This document shows positions 1-13,920 of a DNA stretch of 64,000 nt, piece by piece. Numbering within the stretch: position 1 is the stretch's first letter; each line of letters begins with the position of its first letter. The notes under the pieces were generated by a model. It made no database searches and had not been told where the DNA came from. It was given only the letters and a program-made list of their open reading frames with translations. A program made the translations under genes and the position numbers. Source of the stretch: Callorhinchus milii (taxonomy: Eukaryota); contig NW_024704743.1 of NCBI RefSeq assembly GCF_018977255.1, forward strand, positions 64,792,001 through 64,856,000, in the 5' to 3' direction.

Positions 1-2570
1 AGCATTGGATTTGCGGTTTTCTTCTTTGTTTTGCCCTCGGTCTATTTTTTTATGACTTTTTTTTAAATTGGAATTTCCCTCACAAGTGAATTGTTGGAAA
101 TTTAGTATATTTCTTTTGAGAATAAAACATTTTTTGGCCTATGGAAGTCAAATCATTCTCACGTAATTCATTTCATATTGTGCTTGTTAACAAAACATAG
201 CAAGTGACATCCCAGCATATTTTTGATCCCAAACTGGGGACAGTACTATTTTTCAGAAGAATTAGTTGATGATCATGCACTTACAGTTTGAGTCAATATG
301 GCAGGGATTCAGAATGAGCCTGTTGTGTCAGAAGGATACCTTTTCACTAATATAAATGTTTTGCACGAGAACCAGTTTTTAATGGCTATTCAAGCAGCTA
401 ACATACATAACAAAATACAGTAGAAAGCTTGGAATTGGATATCTATTTATTGTGTTATTTAAGTGAGAATTAAAATTGTCCACAACACAGAACATGATAT
501 AAAAGTTATGGCTCCCTGGATGGTAGAGAGGAGAATCCCAGGATGTTGTCAATGTTGAAGGCTTACAAATTACTTTTGGATTTCAAAGAAATCAAACCCT
601 CACAAAACGAAAGAGGAAACAAAATGAAGACACAAAATAACCGTCTTGTGCAGAAGATTTGGTAAAAACAATCAAATATAATCTGAGTTAAAAAGTATTT
701 GGAAATTTTAGATCCAAAGGCATAATACATCAAGTGAATTTTGCATATTGTGGAGCAGTTTTTTATTTTGCTGTAATATAAATGTACTACAGTATATAGT
801 TTTTAATTGTTCCAAGCAATTTAATATGATTTTTACATTGTGTTGTTTGTCTTCCTCTTTCTCCTTATGTTTCACGTTGAGTATGTTCTTTATTTGAACT
901 CCCTATTTTTAATTACCGCTTTTTCTTTCTCGGTATTTAGCTTCTCTCAGTTTTCTTGCCTTTGACCGCTTTTCTTAAACTTTCACACGTCTTGACTTTC
1001 TGATGAATATTTTCACCCTTCATGATCATGTTTTAAATGTTGCAGTTTCACCAGTACAAACTATTTCTCAGAAATCGAACAGAGAAATGGAAATAGTCCA
1101 TTACCTGTTGAACTCAGCGACTTTATAGTCCCTGTCACCATAGCTTTCAATAGACGTGGGAAAATGTGCTTTATCTAATAAAGTGGTTAAAATTAAAATG
1201 CACGTTTGATCAGATACATTATGAAGAGAGGGCCGTAGGATGATGGGGTGTTCTAGAAGGATGAAATCAAAGGGCCAAAGAGCCTTCTTCATCCAAACCT
1301 CTTTTTATGATCTTGTGAATGTGGTTTGCAGGTTATGTAAATATGACCTGTTAAATGCTGATGTGGACTTTGAAAATGTTGACTGAGAATATATATCCAC
1401 TGTGGTACAAAAGCAATATTGTAGATCATTAGTGCCACACATTGGTGCATGTGGAAAGTCTTGCTAGCCCACGAGGTGGATATTGTCACCCAAAGGATGG
1501 AGTCTGGTTCTGTGTTTCCCGATAGCATTGTGTCAGTTGCTAAGATGGTAAATATCATTTTGTAATTTAATTGTCATAACATTTATACCATGTGGAATTT
1601 AGTGGGTCAATATATGAACTACGATCCTCATCCCTTTGGCAGTTTTTCAAGCTGCTGCTATCGCTTTGACACAAGACTGCAGTGGGAAAGGATCCAGTGG
1701 CCAAGACAACCTGCTGGTAGCTGTTCAGTCCTCTGTGATGAACAAAGCAGCTACAGATACCTTAAAACAGATTGAATTTAGTATTTTTTAATCCATTTAA
1801 TGTGGGGCACCAGACAAATATGGTGGAATCCTTGCTCTCAGTTTCCAGCTCCCCTCACTCCATCCCAATGTCTCATTTATAGTATGTTTAGTGAAAGGCT
1901 AAAAAATTGCTGACTTCCAGATTATCAGGTCACTGCTGACATCACTTCCTCACTTCACTATGAAGAGTTGTAAGTAGAGCAACATGCCAACGTGTCAGTA
2001 GCATGCCTCTGCAACACTCATAAGTGATGTGAGAGGGGATTCCTGTGCATAACGCATGTGTGAAGTACACAGGAAGTAATATCAGCGATGACCAGATATC
2101 AGACATTATTTTGGGCAGATTGTATCACATGTCTGATTAGCGGCCTACAGGAGACCCATTAACACTGTATATTTGTGGGCGAAACATGGCAGCCAATTGC
2201 GCACATCAGGTGTCCCACAAACAGTCGTGGATAGAGTGACCAAATTACCATTATTTTATTTATTTTTTGAAGGGATTATTAGCAGAAAAGCGATCCGCCA
2301 ATCGACTAATGACCGACTAACAACTTATAATGGGGTTCCTCTTTATGTGGGAAATAACTTTGTCATAAACTCACTAAAGAAGATGTAATTTCCCTTTCAT
2401 CCGTATAGATTTCTCATATTTCCAAATTAAAGATCTTCAAGTAGCTGAGTCACACAGACCCAGAAGGAACAATATCTGATCAGTTAGTGGTTCATTGCTA
2501 GAAAGGTAGTAGTAGGGAGAGAAAATTCAGCCACTGTCCTAGTGACTATTCAGTGACTTGCTGTAATTTG

Positions 2571-3045
2571 TTTTTGTTCAGCTGAGTGTCCGACATGCAG
2601 AAACCCATCAACAACAACTTTAAAATAACAATAGACTTCATTATGTCTCAGACTAATATACAAACCAGTCTAAGAATTGCATGTATACAGCTACACTTGG
2701 AAATTCCTGTGTCTGGAATGGAAATCGCACTCTATCTCAGGAGGGACTTACCCTGTTTAGTTAATTCTGGAGGGCATTAGACATTGGTCCCAAGAGCCAA
2801 GGCTTTGGGACCCCAGAGTGTGCCTTGCTGGAGTTTAACTAGCTAAAACCATATAAAGCACTGGCGAGCTTCCCTCTGCTTGTCCACCCTTCCCGTTAGA
2901 GCTTTGGTTTGAGGGGTTAATAGGAGCTCAATGGGAATAATCGCTTTCCTTAGTAGTGACTCACTGGAAGCAGTGTTATAATAGCTGGCATTTATATAAA
3001 CTCGGGGAAGCATCTCAGAGTTCTGAGCAGTGGTGTAGTTTGACA
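2571..3045 (-). repeat. Unclassified interspersed repeat, longest copy (others about 26174-26565, 51930-52046, 56901-57300, 63598-63770)
   Basis: Shared motifs on + strand: T-rich start, tcagctgagtgtctgacac, gaaacccatcaac, gggaccccagagtgt, aaccagctaaaac, cttgtcca, cccattagg. Confidence 0.75.
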
Positions 3046-5469
3046 ATGTAAAGATAGACCGCAGTTGAGACCAGGCTCGCTGTGGTCATAATAACTATTC
3101 TAGCAACATCATAAAGCCGGTGGCATCACAGCATCTTCATTGTTTCACTGTTGCCGTGAACTCAAAGGTAATCTGAAATATACCTGAATATACTTAGGAC
3201 TGTTACGTGTAAGTACATTTTCTTGTGCGTACATGCTCATGGTGACTCGAGCACTGCTCCCACTTGTGAGGGTGACCTTATAACTCATTATTTCAGCACT
3301 CAATACCACATCTATTTTCATTGGTGGCAAGTGTTACTGCTCAGTGGTGATCTGTCATTAGAGGCAAACCTTCTCAACTGTTTCAATTGGCTGTCACAAA
3401 AGAATCCCAACCCCCTTTGTCGCAATAGCCCAACACTCCCTCTGTCATGATAGCCAATTTAATTAAAGTTGCTAGGTTACTGGGGAAGAGAATTGAATTG
3501 TGTCCTTAGTAACCTGATGCACGTGCACACAACATTTTTTTTGTTGTCAGGTAATGCAAAGGCATTTATTTCTGAACAATATAGGGTTGGTCAGAGAAAC
3601 AAACGGAATGATCATGGAGGAACGAGAAGTTTGCAGAGACTTAGGAGACAAAGAGAGCGAGAATGTTACAGAGACTCAGAGAGACTGAGAGAGCAGGGGA
3701 GGCTAGCCTGAAAAGTGCTTGGGATTTCTGCAGAATAGCCAATAGAAAGCAATCTGTTTCTGTTCCACTCTGTTTGAATTTAGCCTTGGAAGAATGTGGG
3801 ACATTCAACAGAATTTTATTTTTTATTTTATCTCCCAAAGTTGGTTTGAATATCTCGCCCTTTCCTAGCCACCCAGCAGGCTGATGGTTATTTACTTTCT
3901 TCAAAGTTGCAATCTGGTTTTCCTTGCTATTCCTGCTTTGTATGCAGCTGTATGTGGTCTAACCCTTTCATTCTCACTTCTTATTTGTTTTCCTAACTCT
4001 CCTGTTGATTATTCTTTACAGAAGTCCTCATATTGATCTGTGAGTCAGAGACTGAGCAACCAGCAACTAAAACATAGACTGACTCTTAACTCATCCATTC
4101 TACCTCATAGCAAATATCCCAACAAAAACTTTAAAAAACATAAAACCATTTAATCCGTATGTTTTAAATTTTGAAAAAAATTGTAAATAAAGTATACAAA
4201 TTTACCGGTTCCTGGACTTGAGTAAATTTTGACTCTGTGTTTGTGTGTGTAAATGGATGAGTAACTGTGGTGCTTAAACACATACATATCCCAAACCAAT
4301 GAAGATCCACATAGAGAATGGCAATTCATTCTATGACTGACGTTATGTTGAATGACATAAGATAATTTTTATTCCTAAAAATGCTTAGTATCATATCAGA
4401 AGGAATTAATTGTATAGTGGAAAACAATTAGTAATGACGATCAGTGTGGCTGTTTGCAGTCTCCCTATGTGGTTTCCATTCAATGGCTTCTGGTATCATA
4501 AGTTCTAAAAACATTCTATCTAATTGTTCTCCTTTAAGATGTCTTTTTCAGGGTTATTTTCAGAAAATGTCATTTTTTGTGTAAACTACTTTCAACTATA
4601 AACCATGCATACAGATAAAGCTCTGAACTAGTTAACAAGGTTAAATAAATTAATGCTGGGTGCTGCCATTTAACATAGTATATTTTTAATAGTGCAGTTA
4701 ATGGCTTCTTCATCTCCGTGTAATTCACACCTCTTGCATTTTAAGATATTTTGCTAATTTGTATAATTTTGTAATTTTGTATATTTATCTGTTAAGGTCT
4801 CATTTTCATGTTGCTGTTTTTTTCTGTTTCTTTCTTTGAATTATCTTTGGGATTTTGAAGAGACTGAAAATTATATACATCTACAGGCAAAAATATGCAC
4901 AGGTGAGCAAAATGCAACAATTGTTAATTAAATTCATTGAATCACATTTTCACCAATCTGTTTCCTTCCATTCTGCTTTTAAATCTAAGGGACAATATGT
5001 GAAACATTGCAATCATACAAATGCATTTCTTATGTGTGTTTACATTTGTGGTAAATTTTCAGGATGCAAATGCGTTCTTTTTCAAAATGTGTGGCAAAAA
5101 TGTATATTTCTTATTTTTAAATCACAAGGTGTATGCGTGTGTATATATTTGGGAGAGAGTTTTGGGGGAACGTTGTACAAAAATTTAACTGAAGGATTGC
5201 AATTTTCGGAATCTCTGGTGATTATGGGACTGGGTTGTTCATATATTCGTAGAATGTTATGTTACAGAAACAGGCCATTTGATCCAATAAATTTGCGTTG
5301 GTATTTTTCTCCTTTTTTTGTTTTTGTTTGCCACATTTATTGTTTTTCAGCCACTTAATCCGATTCCAAACACCTGCTCACTTTCCATACCTTTAAACGT
5401 TTCTCTTCTTCAAGTACTAATTTCTTTAAAAAAAGATTTTGTGCACTCCTTCCGTTTGTATTTTGTACA

Positions 5470-7500
5470 TGAGAAGCGGAAATGGCAGATGTGTTAAATA
5501 GTTTCCTCATACTACTTTTCACAAAGGAAGACTGCGGTCAAATTCCAGATCCAGCTATTTTGACACAGGAATCTATAGTACAAGTAAACATCAGTAAGTC
5601 ATGTGTTCAAGCAAACTTAGGGGTCAGAATTCTGGTAGTGGTCATTGAGAGAGTACGGCCATTTTTGTTACACTAAATGTGTGCCACAGCAAATATGCCT
5701 TTCATGGCGTACTTTACTGAATGCTGTGGATTAGAAGCCAGGGCAACACCAGAAGTTACTTAGGTATATCACCAAGTCATTTAACCACATCAGCTTGTCA
5801 AGGGTGGAGTGGCCATGGCAGTCTTTGAACTGAAACATCAATTAGATTGTTTTTAAACAAAATATATATTTATTTGCTGATATATATTCATGCTTGTCTC
5901 ACACAGTATCAAACCCGTTACAGGACACAACAGATCTGGCCCCTTGGGGTGGGGGGTGGCCTCTGCGCGCTCCACTTTGGTGGAGGGACCAAGGCTTCCC
6001 CACATCGGGGCTCTGCCGTCCTATGCAGGGCGCAGTTACAAATGGGGCCTTATACCCACTTCCTGTCCCTCCCCTCTTAGTGGGGAGTACAGACAGGTTC
6101 ACAGCACGCAGTCTACGCTCCTAAATAAAGAGCAGTGCATCCTGCAAACAACCAAAACCTGCAAATAGCCACAGCCCCTAGCAAAGCCTGTGCAAATGCC
6201 ACCCCATCCGATAAGAAAGATGATACAGATCTACAGTGATAATGGTCCATAGGTGATACCTATAAGAAAGATTAAAACTCGAGGAATTCTGTCAAATTAA
6301 CTACTTGGTTGAAACTTGATTTAAACACAGGAAGCTGACAGTAATGGGTTGCATAGTTTCTTTATATCAGTCTTTATTTGTGAAAAAAATCTTCTGTCCA
6401 ATAATGAGTGGAGTTCTTTAGGTATCTCTTCTGGGTCCCCTGATATTTACATTTTCCATAAACAATTTTAAGAAAGGAATGAGTCTTAGTCTGAAATTTG
6501 CTGAGGATACAAAGCTGTGTGGCCAAGTGACAAATAATGTACAAGGAAAAAAATAGCATTGAAAAAGATCTGACTCAGTTTAGAAGGTGAATATTAATGT
6601 AGATGAACAAATATTAGAATACGAAACAGTAAACATATGTACATAATGAAAGGCTGACCATCGGCAAAGGAAAATGGAAGAGGATTTTAATTACTGATTA
6701 TTTAAGAAAGTTTCCTAAAAATGTGAAGCTATCAACAAAGCTAATGCACATTTCCAAGGGTTTATAACCAATCATTATAAAATTATTCCAATCTTGATTA
6801 GATTAGATGTGTCAGACCAAATTTGTAAAATGGTGTGCATTTTTTGTCATTTGGCTTCAAAAGAACTTTTAACTTGTTGGGAGAAAGCTTCAGAGAAGTG
6901 AGAAAGATCATTCTGCAACTTATGCTCTTAAGTTACTAGGAGGGACATTTGTTTTCATTGGAAAAAAAGAGGTTGAAAAGCGATGTGAATGCAGGTCTAT
7001 CAAATACTGAAATAATGTAGATGTAAGCAAGGTATTTGACTCAAACTGTGTGCACTGAGCTGGAGGACACAAGCTTAAAATTAACAATCCTCAAACTAGC
7101 CTCAAACTAGACTTAAACGGATCAATTTCAAGGTATCTCCCTTGTTTTCAAATTCCTTTATACCCTCTCACCTCCCTATTTACTTACCCCCCACTCCACC
7201 ACCTGCTGCCTCCCCTCGGCGAGCTCTGGCCTCCTGTTTGTCTCTCGTCCCCTCCTCTCCACCATCGGTGGCCGTGCCTTGAAACTATGCCCCAAAACTC
7301 TGGAACTCTCTCCCTCAATCCCTCCTCACCTTGCCCCCTCCCTCCCCACCTTGAAAGCAATATTGTCAAGGGGATGGGGCAGGGGGTGGTCATTAGGCCA
7401 GGGCTGATTCGTGAGGATGTCAAAATGGATGATTATTGTGGAGGTATTGCATGAGAATCTGTTGGGAAATGGATGGAATAGAATGCCTGAAAGGTTAGAT
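5470..7500 (+). mobile_element. Highly degenerate CR1-clade LINE fragments with internal insertions
   Basis: EMADVLNSF...FTKED at 5479; SGV*-SLLGPLIF and KFAEDTKL-like sequence at about 6405-6517; CR1-like 3' region to about 7090. Confidence 0.65.
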
Positions 7501-8054
7501 TATGCATGGCCGGAGAAGGAGTGGATTTAATTGGCCAAGTTTTCTTTTTCTGGTCTATACATTCTTATGTTCTTATTTACACAGGAACACAATGATCACT
7601 ATGCCTCTGAATGATGTTTTATTAGAACACTTTGTGACATTGATAGTCAGTTTCATTGCCTTTAGGCAGTTGTATTATTTTAAATCTAATTACTCAAATG
7701 TTTTCCTTGTTGTCATTTGCACCTTGGCAATTTCTTTGTTTTGAGGTGCAGGTGATACCTTTGATTTCCCTCATATGGTTACGTTTTGATTACCAGCTTG
7801 AATCCAATTAGGTTGCAAAGTTTTTTTAAAATGGGAGCAAACATCATTAATATAACTTTCATCTATTATCATTAGTAACCGCTTCCCAGTTCATTGATTG
7901 TAATTTACCATTCCAATTTTCGCAGCCCTTTGTTTATATTTTCTGCGCTAGACATTTTTTCAAAGCATCTCAAAATGTTCATAGAATACAATTTAGAAAA
8001 ATACAACAATAGTTGGAGATAATAGCGAAAGGCATTTACTCATTGGGATCAATT

Positions 8055-10135
8055 GCAACAAACAACAATTTGCATTTATATAGCGCCCTTCATGCAGGGA
8101 AGTGTCTCAGAGCGCTTAACAGTGTCGGAGCCTGACGCTGAGCCGGGGGGGAGGAGGCTGTAAATATGGCCGAAGAGGCAGATCTTCAGGTGTGATCTTA
8201 AAATTGGGAAGGAGAGAGCAAGGCACAGGGATTGAGGGAGAGCAATCCAAAGTATCGCCGAGTAGTGGCTGAAAGCATGGCCACCAAAGGTGGAGCAGAG
8301 AGAACGTGGGACAAGCAGGAGGCCAGAGCCAGCCGAGCAGAGGTGATGGATGGTAGAATGGGGAGTAAGTAGGTCGGAGAGGTGGGGAGGTGCCAGGGCG
8401 TGAAGGGATTTATAGATGAGTGAGGATTTTGAAAGGATCTTGGAGGATCCTTTCCGTGATAAGGAGCCAGTGGAGCCTGGCAAGGATTGGTGTAATAGGG
8501 GTATGGAGTTTTGTGCGGGTGAGTATAAGGGTGGCGGAGTTTTGAATTAATTGGATTTTGTGGATAGTGCAGCTGGGGAGGCCGGCGACGAGGGCATTGG
8601 ATTTGTCAAGGAAGGAGGTGACGAAAGCGTGGAGCTGTCTCACTAGGGTGGATGAGGGAGGAGAGATGCTGGAGGGGATAGCGTGATCGACTGTGTCAAA
8701 CGCAGCGGAGAGGTCTAGGAGGACAAGGAGGCAAAAGGAGCCCTGGCCACAGAGAGAGAGGATGTCAGTGGTGACCTTAACGAGGTGGGAGCAAATTTGA
8801 TTTAGCAAGGAAAGGCAAGTTAGAAATGGGTTGGTCATTTGTAAGGTTCAAGGGACCGTAGGTGTTTTTTTTTGAGGAGGGGAGTGATGACAGAGGTGTG
8901 AGGGGGAGCGGCTCAGAGCCTAAGGAGAGGGATTGGTTGATTGTGTCAGCCAGCAGTGGGCAGAGGAGGGGTGTTCAGTGACCACAGTTGGGTGGGGAGG
9001 AGGTCGAGGCAGCAGGTAGTGGGTTCATATGTGTGATAATGGTTGAGAGGGAAGAAAGAGAGATGGGGGCAAAGGAGTGTAGAGTGGGGGCTGTGGTAGG
9101 AGCCATGGCAGAAAAAGTGGGTGATGCAGAATGCGTTGAGGTGGGGGGGTGGACATCCTAGGGGACACCGGGGGGCGAGGCAGGCTCTTATCTTTTCGAT
9201 GAAGAAGTCCAAGACCTCTTGGCACTTGGCATTAGATGTGAGGATCGAGAGTGCCAGAAGGTGTGTGCAGAGGAGGTGATGAGTGTGGGAGAACAACACT
9301 TTGGGGTTATTTTTGGCCTTCAGAATGGCCTAGGAATAGAAAGCAGTTTGGGTCGTGAGAGGAAGAGGTGGTAGGTACAAAGATGCTGGAGCCACGTCTG
9401 GCGGTGAACTATGAGGCCAGTTTTGTGCCATTTGCGCTCGAGGGTCCGGGTTTCGGATTTAAGGGAGTGGAGGTGGCTGTATACCAGGTGGAGCGGGTGA
9501 GATGGTCCTCGGTTTTGGGGGGGGGCAAGAAAATTGAAAGTTGAGGAGAGACGGTTCAGTAGCTTAATGGGATTGCTGTAGGTGGAAGGCCAGAGCAGAG
9601 AGGGCTCACGGATGAGAGGGCAATCGTGAGGAACTCGTGGGTGGGGGGGGGGGGCGAAGAGAAGCTTTTTCCAAGGGTGGAAAAAGATGGAGGGCTTGGA
9701 GGAGGGGATGATGATACGAGAAGTGAGGGAGATGAGGAAGTGGCCAGAGATGGCATTGTTGACAGATTGGAGATGGCCATATTAATGACAAGATTGAGGA
9801 GTGGCCACGGTTGTAGGTGGGGGAGTTTATGTTGAGGGTGAGGTTTAGGGTGAAGAGGAGGGCAGTGAAGTCAGAGGAGGTGGGGCAGGGGAAGTTAAGG
9901 TGAAGGATGAAATTGACTATTATGAGCAGGCGTTCAGTGAGAAGGTAGAGAGAGGAGAGAGAGATATGTCTGAGAGGAAGGAGCTGGTTGGGTGGTTGGG
10001 GACGGTAGACGAGGAGGATTTTGAAGGAGAGTAAGGAAGGATGGTACAGGGTGAGGTGCTCAAAGGAGGGGAAGGAGCCATAGGAGTAGGGGGATAGACC
10101 GAGAGAGATTTGGGAGAATAGGGCTACCCTGCCGA
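8055..10135 (-). mobile_element. Degenerate, internally deleted L2-clade LINE
   Basis: Minus-strand ORFs contain [13 protein letters not shown] and HTPITPILARLHWL; purine-rich plus strand; 3' tail (aacaacaatttgcatttatatagcgcc) at about 8057-8090. Confidence 0.9.
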
Positions 10136-13100
10136 CATGTTGATTGCATCAAAGTATTACAGCTCATGTGGCACAATTTACTTAATCAAATATGAACAAT
10201 TTATCATAATTTAAAAAGCTACAATCTGAAGGTGTGATTGCCCATTTCCCGTGGAAATTTTTTAAAAAATGTTTAGGAACTGTAGCTGATAAATTTACCA
10301 GTTTATTAACAAGGACAATTTGTTTACTCTTTTGGGGGGAGAAACAGCTATGGTTAAACAGGAAATGTTTTCAAACATAACGCATTTGAAGTTGCATTCA
10401 AGAGTTCTGTTATAAAATCTTGAGAAAACTACAAAAACATCGAACACATATTAATTCTAAAAACTTTGAAATAAAGGAAAATATTTTAACCTTACGTTAA
10501 CATTCTGGTGCATCAATTCTACTGCAGTCTCCAAAGAGTTAATTATGTGCTGGTTACGACACGAAGAAATGAATAAGGCTAATGCCGTTCTGAGGTGAAT
10601 CTGAAGCAGAAGCCTTTTTTTTGTGATTGGTATTTTGTGACATGCCAAGCCTGACAGTGTGGTCTCTCTCTGAGATGTACTATTTACAGAATTAATGTTG
10701 TTTTAATGAGTATACATTGGTTACTGAAGCATTACAATGGCAGTGCAGGTGTCAGCTGTTAAATGTCAGTGGTGAGCTGAAAAGGTACAAGCCTGCGTTA
10801 TTTATGACAGAATGATTAAAGCCACAAGAAGCGATAAACTCAAAAGTCTGCTTCAGTCAGGGAACACTTTGCTATGTGGCTTCAGCTCAGACACTCTCCT
10901 TACAGATCTAATCTACAGCAAAAGGAAGTTGTTTTTTTTATCAGAACGCACATCTCTTCTGCTCAGCTAAACCTCATCTCTCAGGAGAATTGCATTATCT
11001 TGCAGGATCTAACGGTGGCTGCAGCAGAGCTCAGGCTTGCAAAACTCAGGGTGCAGAATGTTTGTGCACAGAGAACCGATGGCAGCAAGTTGTTAACCTT
11101 AGGTTATATTAAGTTTAAACCTCAGGGTAGGATAGTGCTTTTATTACTTTTCTTTCTGTGCCTGATATTTCCATTATTAGTGGGTAGATTGGTTCCACTT
11201 GCTTCAGTATTTGTGCGATCTTCTCCAGCTGCCTCTGTTAGGCTAATATTGGGGATGGAGTGATCATCAACTTTTATAACAGCCAAATGGAATGTTAAAG
11301 GTAAAGGACATGGTTAAAAGTTGAGTACCAAGAGAAAAAATACAATAGAACACTTTTTTTCCATGGACCAGCAAATGGTCATTTAATCATTACAGGAAAT
11401 GAGTAGACCATTTAAAAAAAGACTTATGCAATGTGAGAAATATAAATGTATTATTTTATTGATGACAATGTGACGTTCTTCTGGTTTCCTCCAGTGGCAG
11501 ATTGAGAATTTGTAAATGCCATATCTGTTGTGCACATGTTTCTTGAAGTCCTATGCTTGATGTCAAAATGGATGACATGATTATTCTCCAATTGTTTTGA
11601 TGTACTGATCCAGGCATTCTGAGAAAATTATTTTCCACTTGTCAGTAAGTATAACTAGTGGAAAATACCCCAGGTGTCTCAATACTGGAAATATCCAGTA
11701 CTGTTCCAGAGACATTTGCAAGATCAAAAATGCAAGGATGATTTATTATGTCTCATGTGTGGGACACAGTATTTAGATGTGAAATAAATCTATTTATCTG
11801 AAAATTCCAGATGGGCTCTAGTTACATCCTTGTTGATTCTTCTTTTAGTATTAACAAGCAAATAGTCTGAAAGGATAATTGCTGTAATCTGCAGAACTGG
11901 GGCTTGGTTTTGAAAGAAGCCCAGTAAGCTGATTCACAACAGATGAGCTGTTTTCAGCCCATTTGTAACTTTGGAAATTTCACAGGAGTTCATGTGAATT
12001 GCTCAATATTTAAAGCCAATTTGAATGTGTGAACTTCGCTGGATGGTGACCTTCATAATAATCTGGCATTTGGAGAGGTTCTGTGCAAAATCAGAAAGCT
12101 GAAAATGGTATCTTGCTCATCCAAGAAAACACTTTTTTCTTCTTCCTGAATATATCGCATTGTGGGAGGCCAGGGATTTTGCTCATCAATAAAAGTAAAA
12201 CTTTTTTTGTATGAAATTGGACAATTGTGGCATGCCTTAGAATAGTTTTCACTAGTTTTAAGGTTTGATTTGGGAATGTTGTGGTGAAACTGAATAAAGG
12301 ATCAAGTAGATCCCTGTCTTCCTTGCAAGTATCAAACAAATCCCTTGAAATCTTTTAAAAGACCGAGCAAAGCATTTGCAAGGTCAGTTTATGAAATGGT
12401 CATGTGTTGCAAGTGACTTTGGGACATCACAACTGTTTTGAAACTTTGAGGACATTGGGATAATGACTTACGGGAATTTGCATAACAAAAAGTGACTTGC
12501 AACTATTAGCAGAACCTGATTGAATGTATGCATTTTAAATTCACTGAGCATTGCCTGTAAAATGGAAATTTGATTGTGAAAGTTGCAATGTGTAATCCTG
12601 AATATTGGCCGGAAAATGTTTCTATTTTGCAATTAGTGTATATAGTGCAGTTTAAGAGCTGAATAAACCATCTCTAATGCAAAAGAAAAAACACTGCAGG
12701 TTTTAACCAATGTTCAAAGTTGTTTTAAGAGGTTTAATTAAATTATTAATGAAGATGACAATAGCTCTTGTGGGAACATGGTGAATGCCTAGTGAAGATC
12801 AAGCTGATTTTTAACTCCAGCTTTCAGGTTTCAAGTGTTATAGTACTTGTTCTCACCTACCCTCATTGGAAACGTTTTACTGGATCATATCAGAATTGCC
12901 AGATAGTGCGCTCGGTCACACTGCAATAACAGACCACTGTTTGGTTAATTACAGAACAGAACACACAGAGGCCATTTTGTCAGCTGAGAGAAGATACGTC
13001 AATTAAATATGGATTTATACTTATCATAGGTGATGATACGGTTCGAAAAGTAGAACAATGCCATCTCCAGCTTGCCTATTATCCTCGGTCTAACATATCA

Positions 13101-13502
13101 AAAATCTTTAATGTTATTTTTGAAATTGATATTGCCTTCCTCAAATTTTATCTATGAATTTCATTCCTTACCCTTCTCTCCAGAAGGCAACAGTGGAGTC
13201 TTCACCACTACCCTGTTTGAGCTCTGAGCATTTGGGGATCAAGTCTACACTTTTCCTAGTCTGTATGATTCAGCATGACACTTCATTGTGCATTTGCCCA
13301 CTTTGCCACTGGCGGGGAACTTTGAGAACTTTAATAGCCAAGTTATAATCAACATTTAAGTTTAGATGTTTGTTAGATCCTTTTTGATGATTGATACCAA
13401 ATGTGGATGAATTCATCTTCTTTCCATTTACATTGTACTGACTGTGGGAGGCAAAACGTTACCACAAGAGCTATTGCATGTCTTGACTAACCATTACCCT
13501 AG

Positions 13503-13920
13503 TGGAGTTCCATAGTTAGTGGTTAGCGCGCTCGCCATGCAAGCGAGAAGACCAGGGTTTGATTTCCTTGGGCGGGGCGAAACCGTAGGCAGGTTTCCTT
13601 ACTCTACCCGCCTCTGTTTACCTTGTAGTAAGTAATTGTGCACAGCAGTGCCCCACAACAATCGTGGATTGAGTGACCCTTTTTTTTTGAGGGATTGCGC
13701 GCTACATTGCCCCAACAATTGGTTGATTGCTTTCCGGCAGTAGTAATCCCTCCAACAAAAAATAGGTCACTCAATCCACGATTGTTGTGGGGCACTACTT
13801 TGTGCAATTGGCGGTTACATTTCACCCACAAAATACAGTCAATCCACTTTGCAATATATTCCATGAAACACTTTGAGCCGTCTCAACGACGTGATAAGGC
13901 GCTGTATCAAAAATGCAAGC
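13503..13920 (+). mobile_element. Older long-form tRNA-derived SINE with internal inverted duplication
   Basis: Diverged head (tggagttccatagttagtggttagcgcgctcgccatgcaagcgag), body and L2-like tail. Confidence 0.85.

Noticed and set aside
2440..2565. LF-SINE-like remnant (also about 47645-47790)
   Set aside because: Only short motif resemblance from memory; too degenerate to call without an alignment.
4855..5358. 167-aa ORF
   Set aside because: Non-ATG start, AT-rich biased composition, no recognisable domain; a chance intronic ORF.
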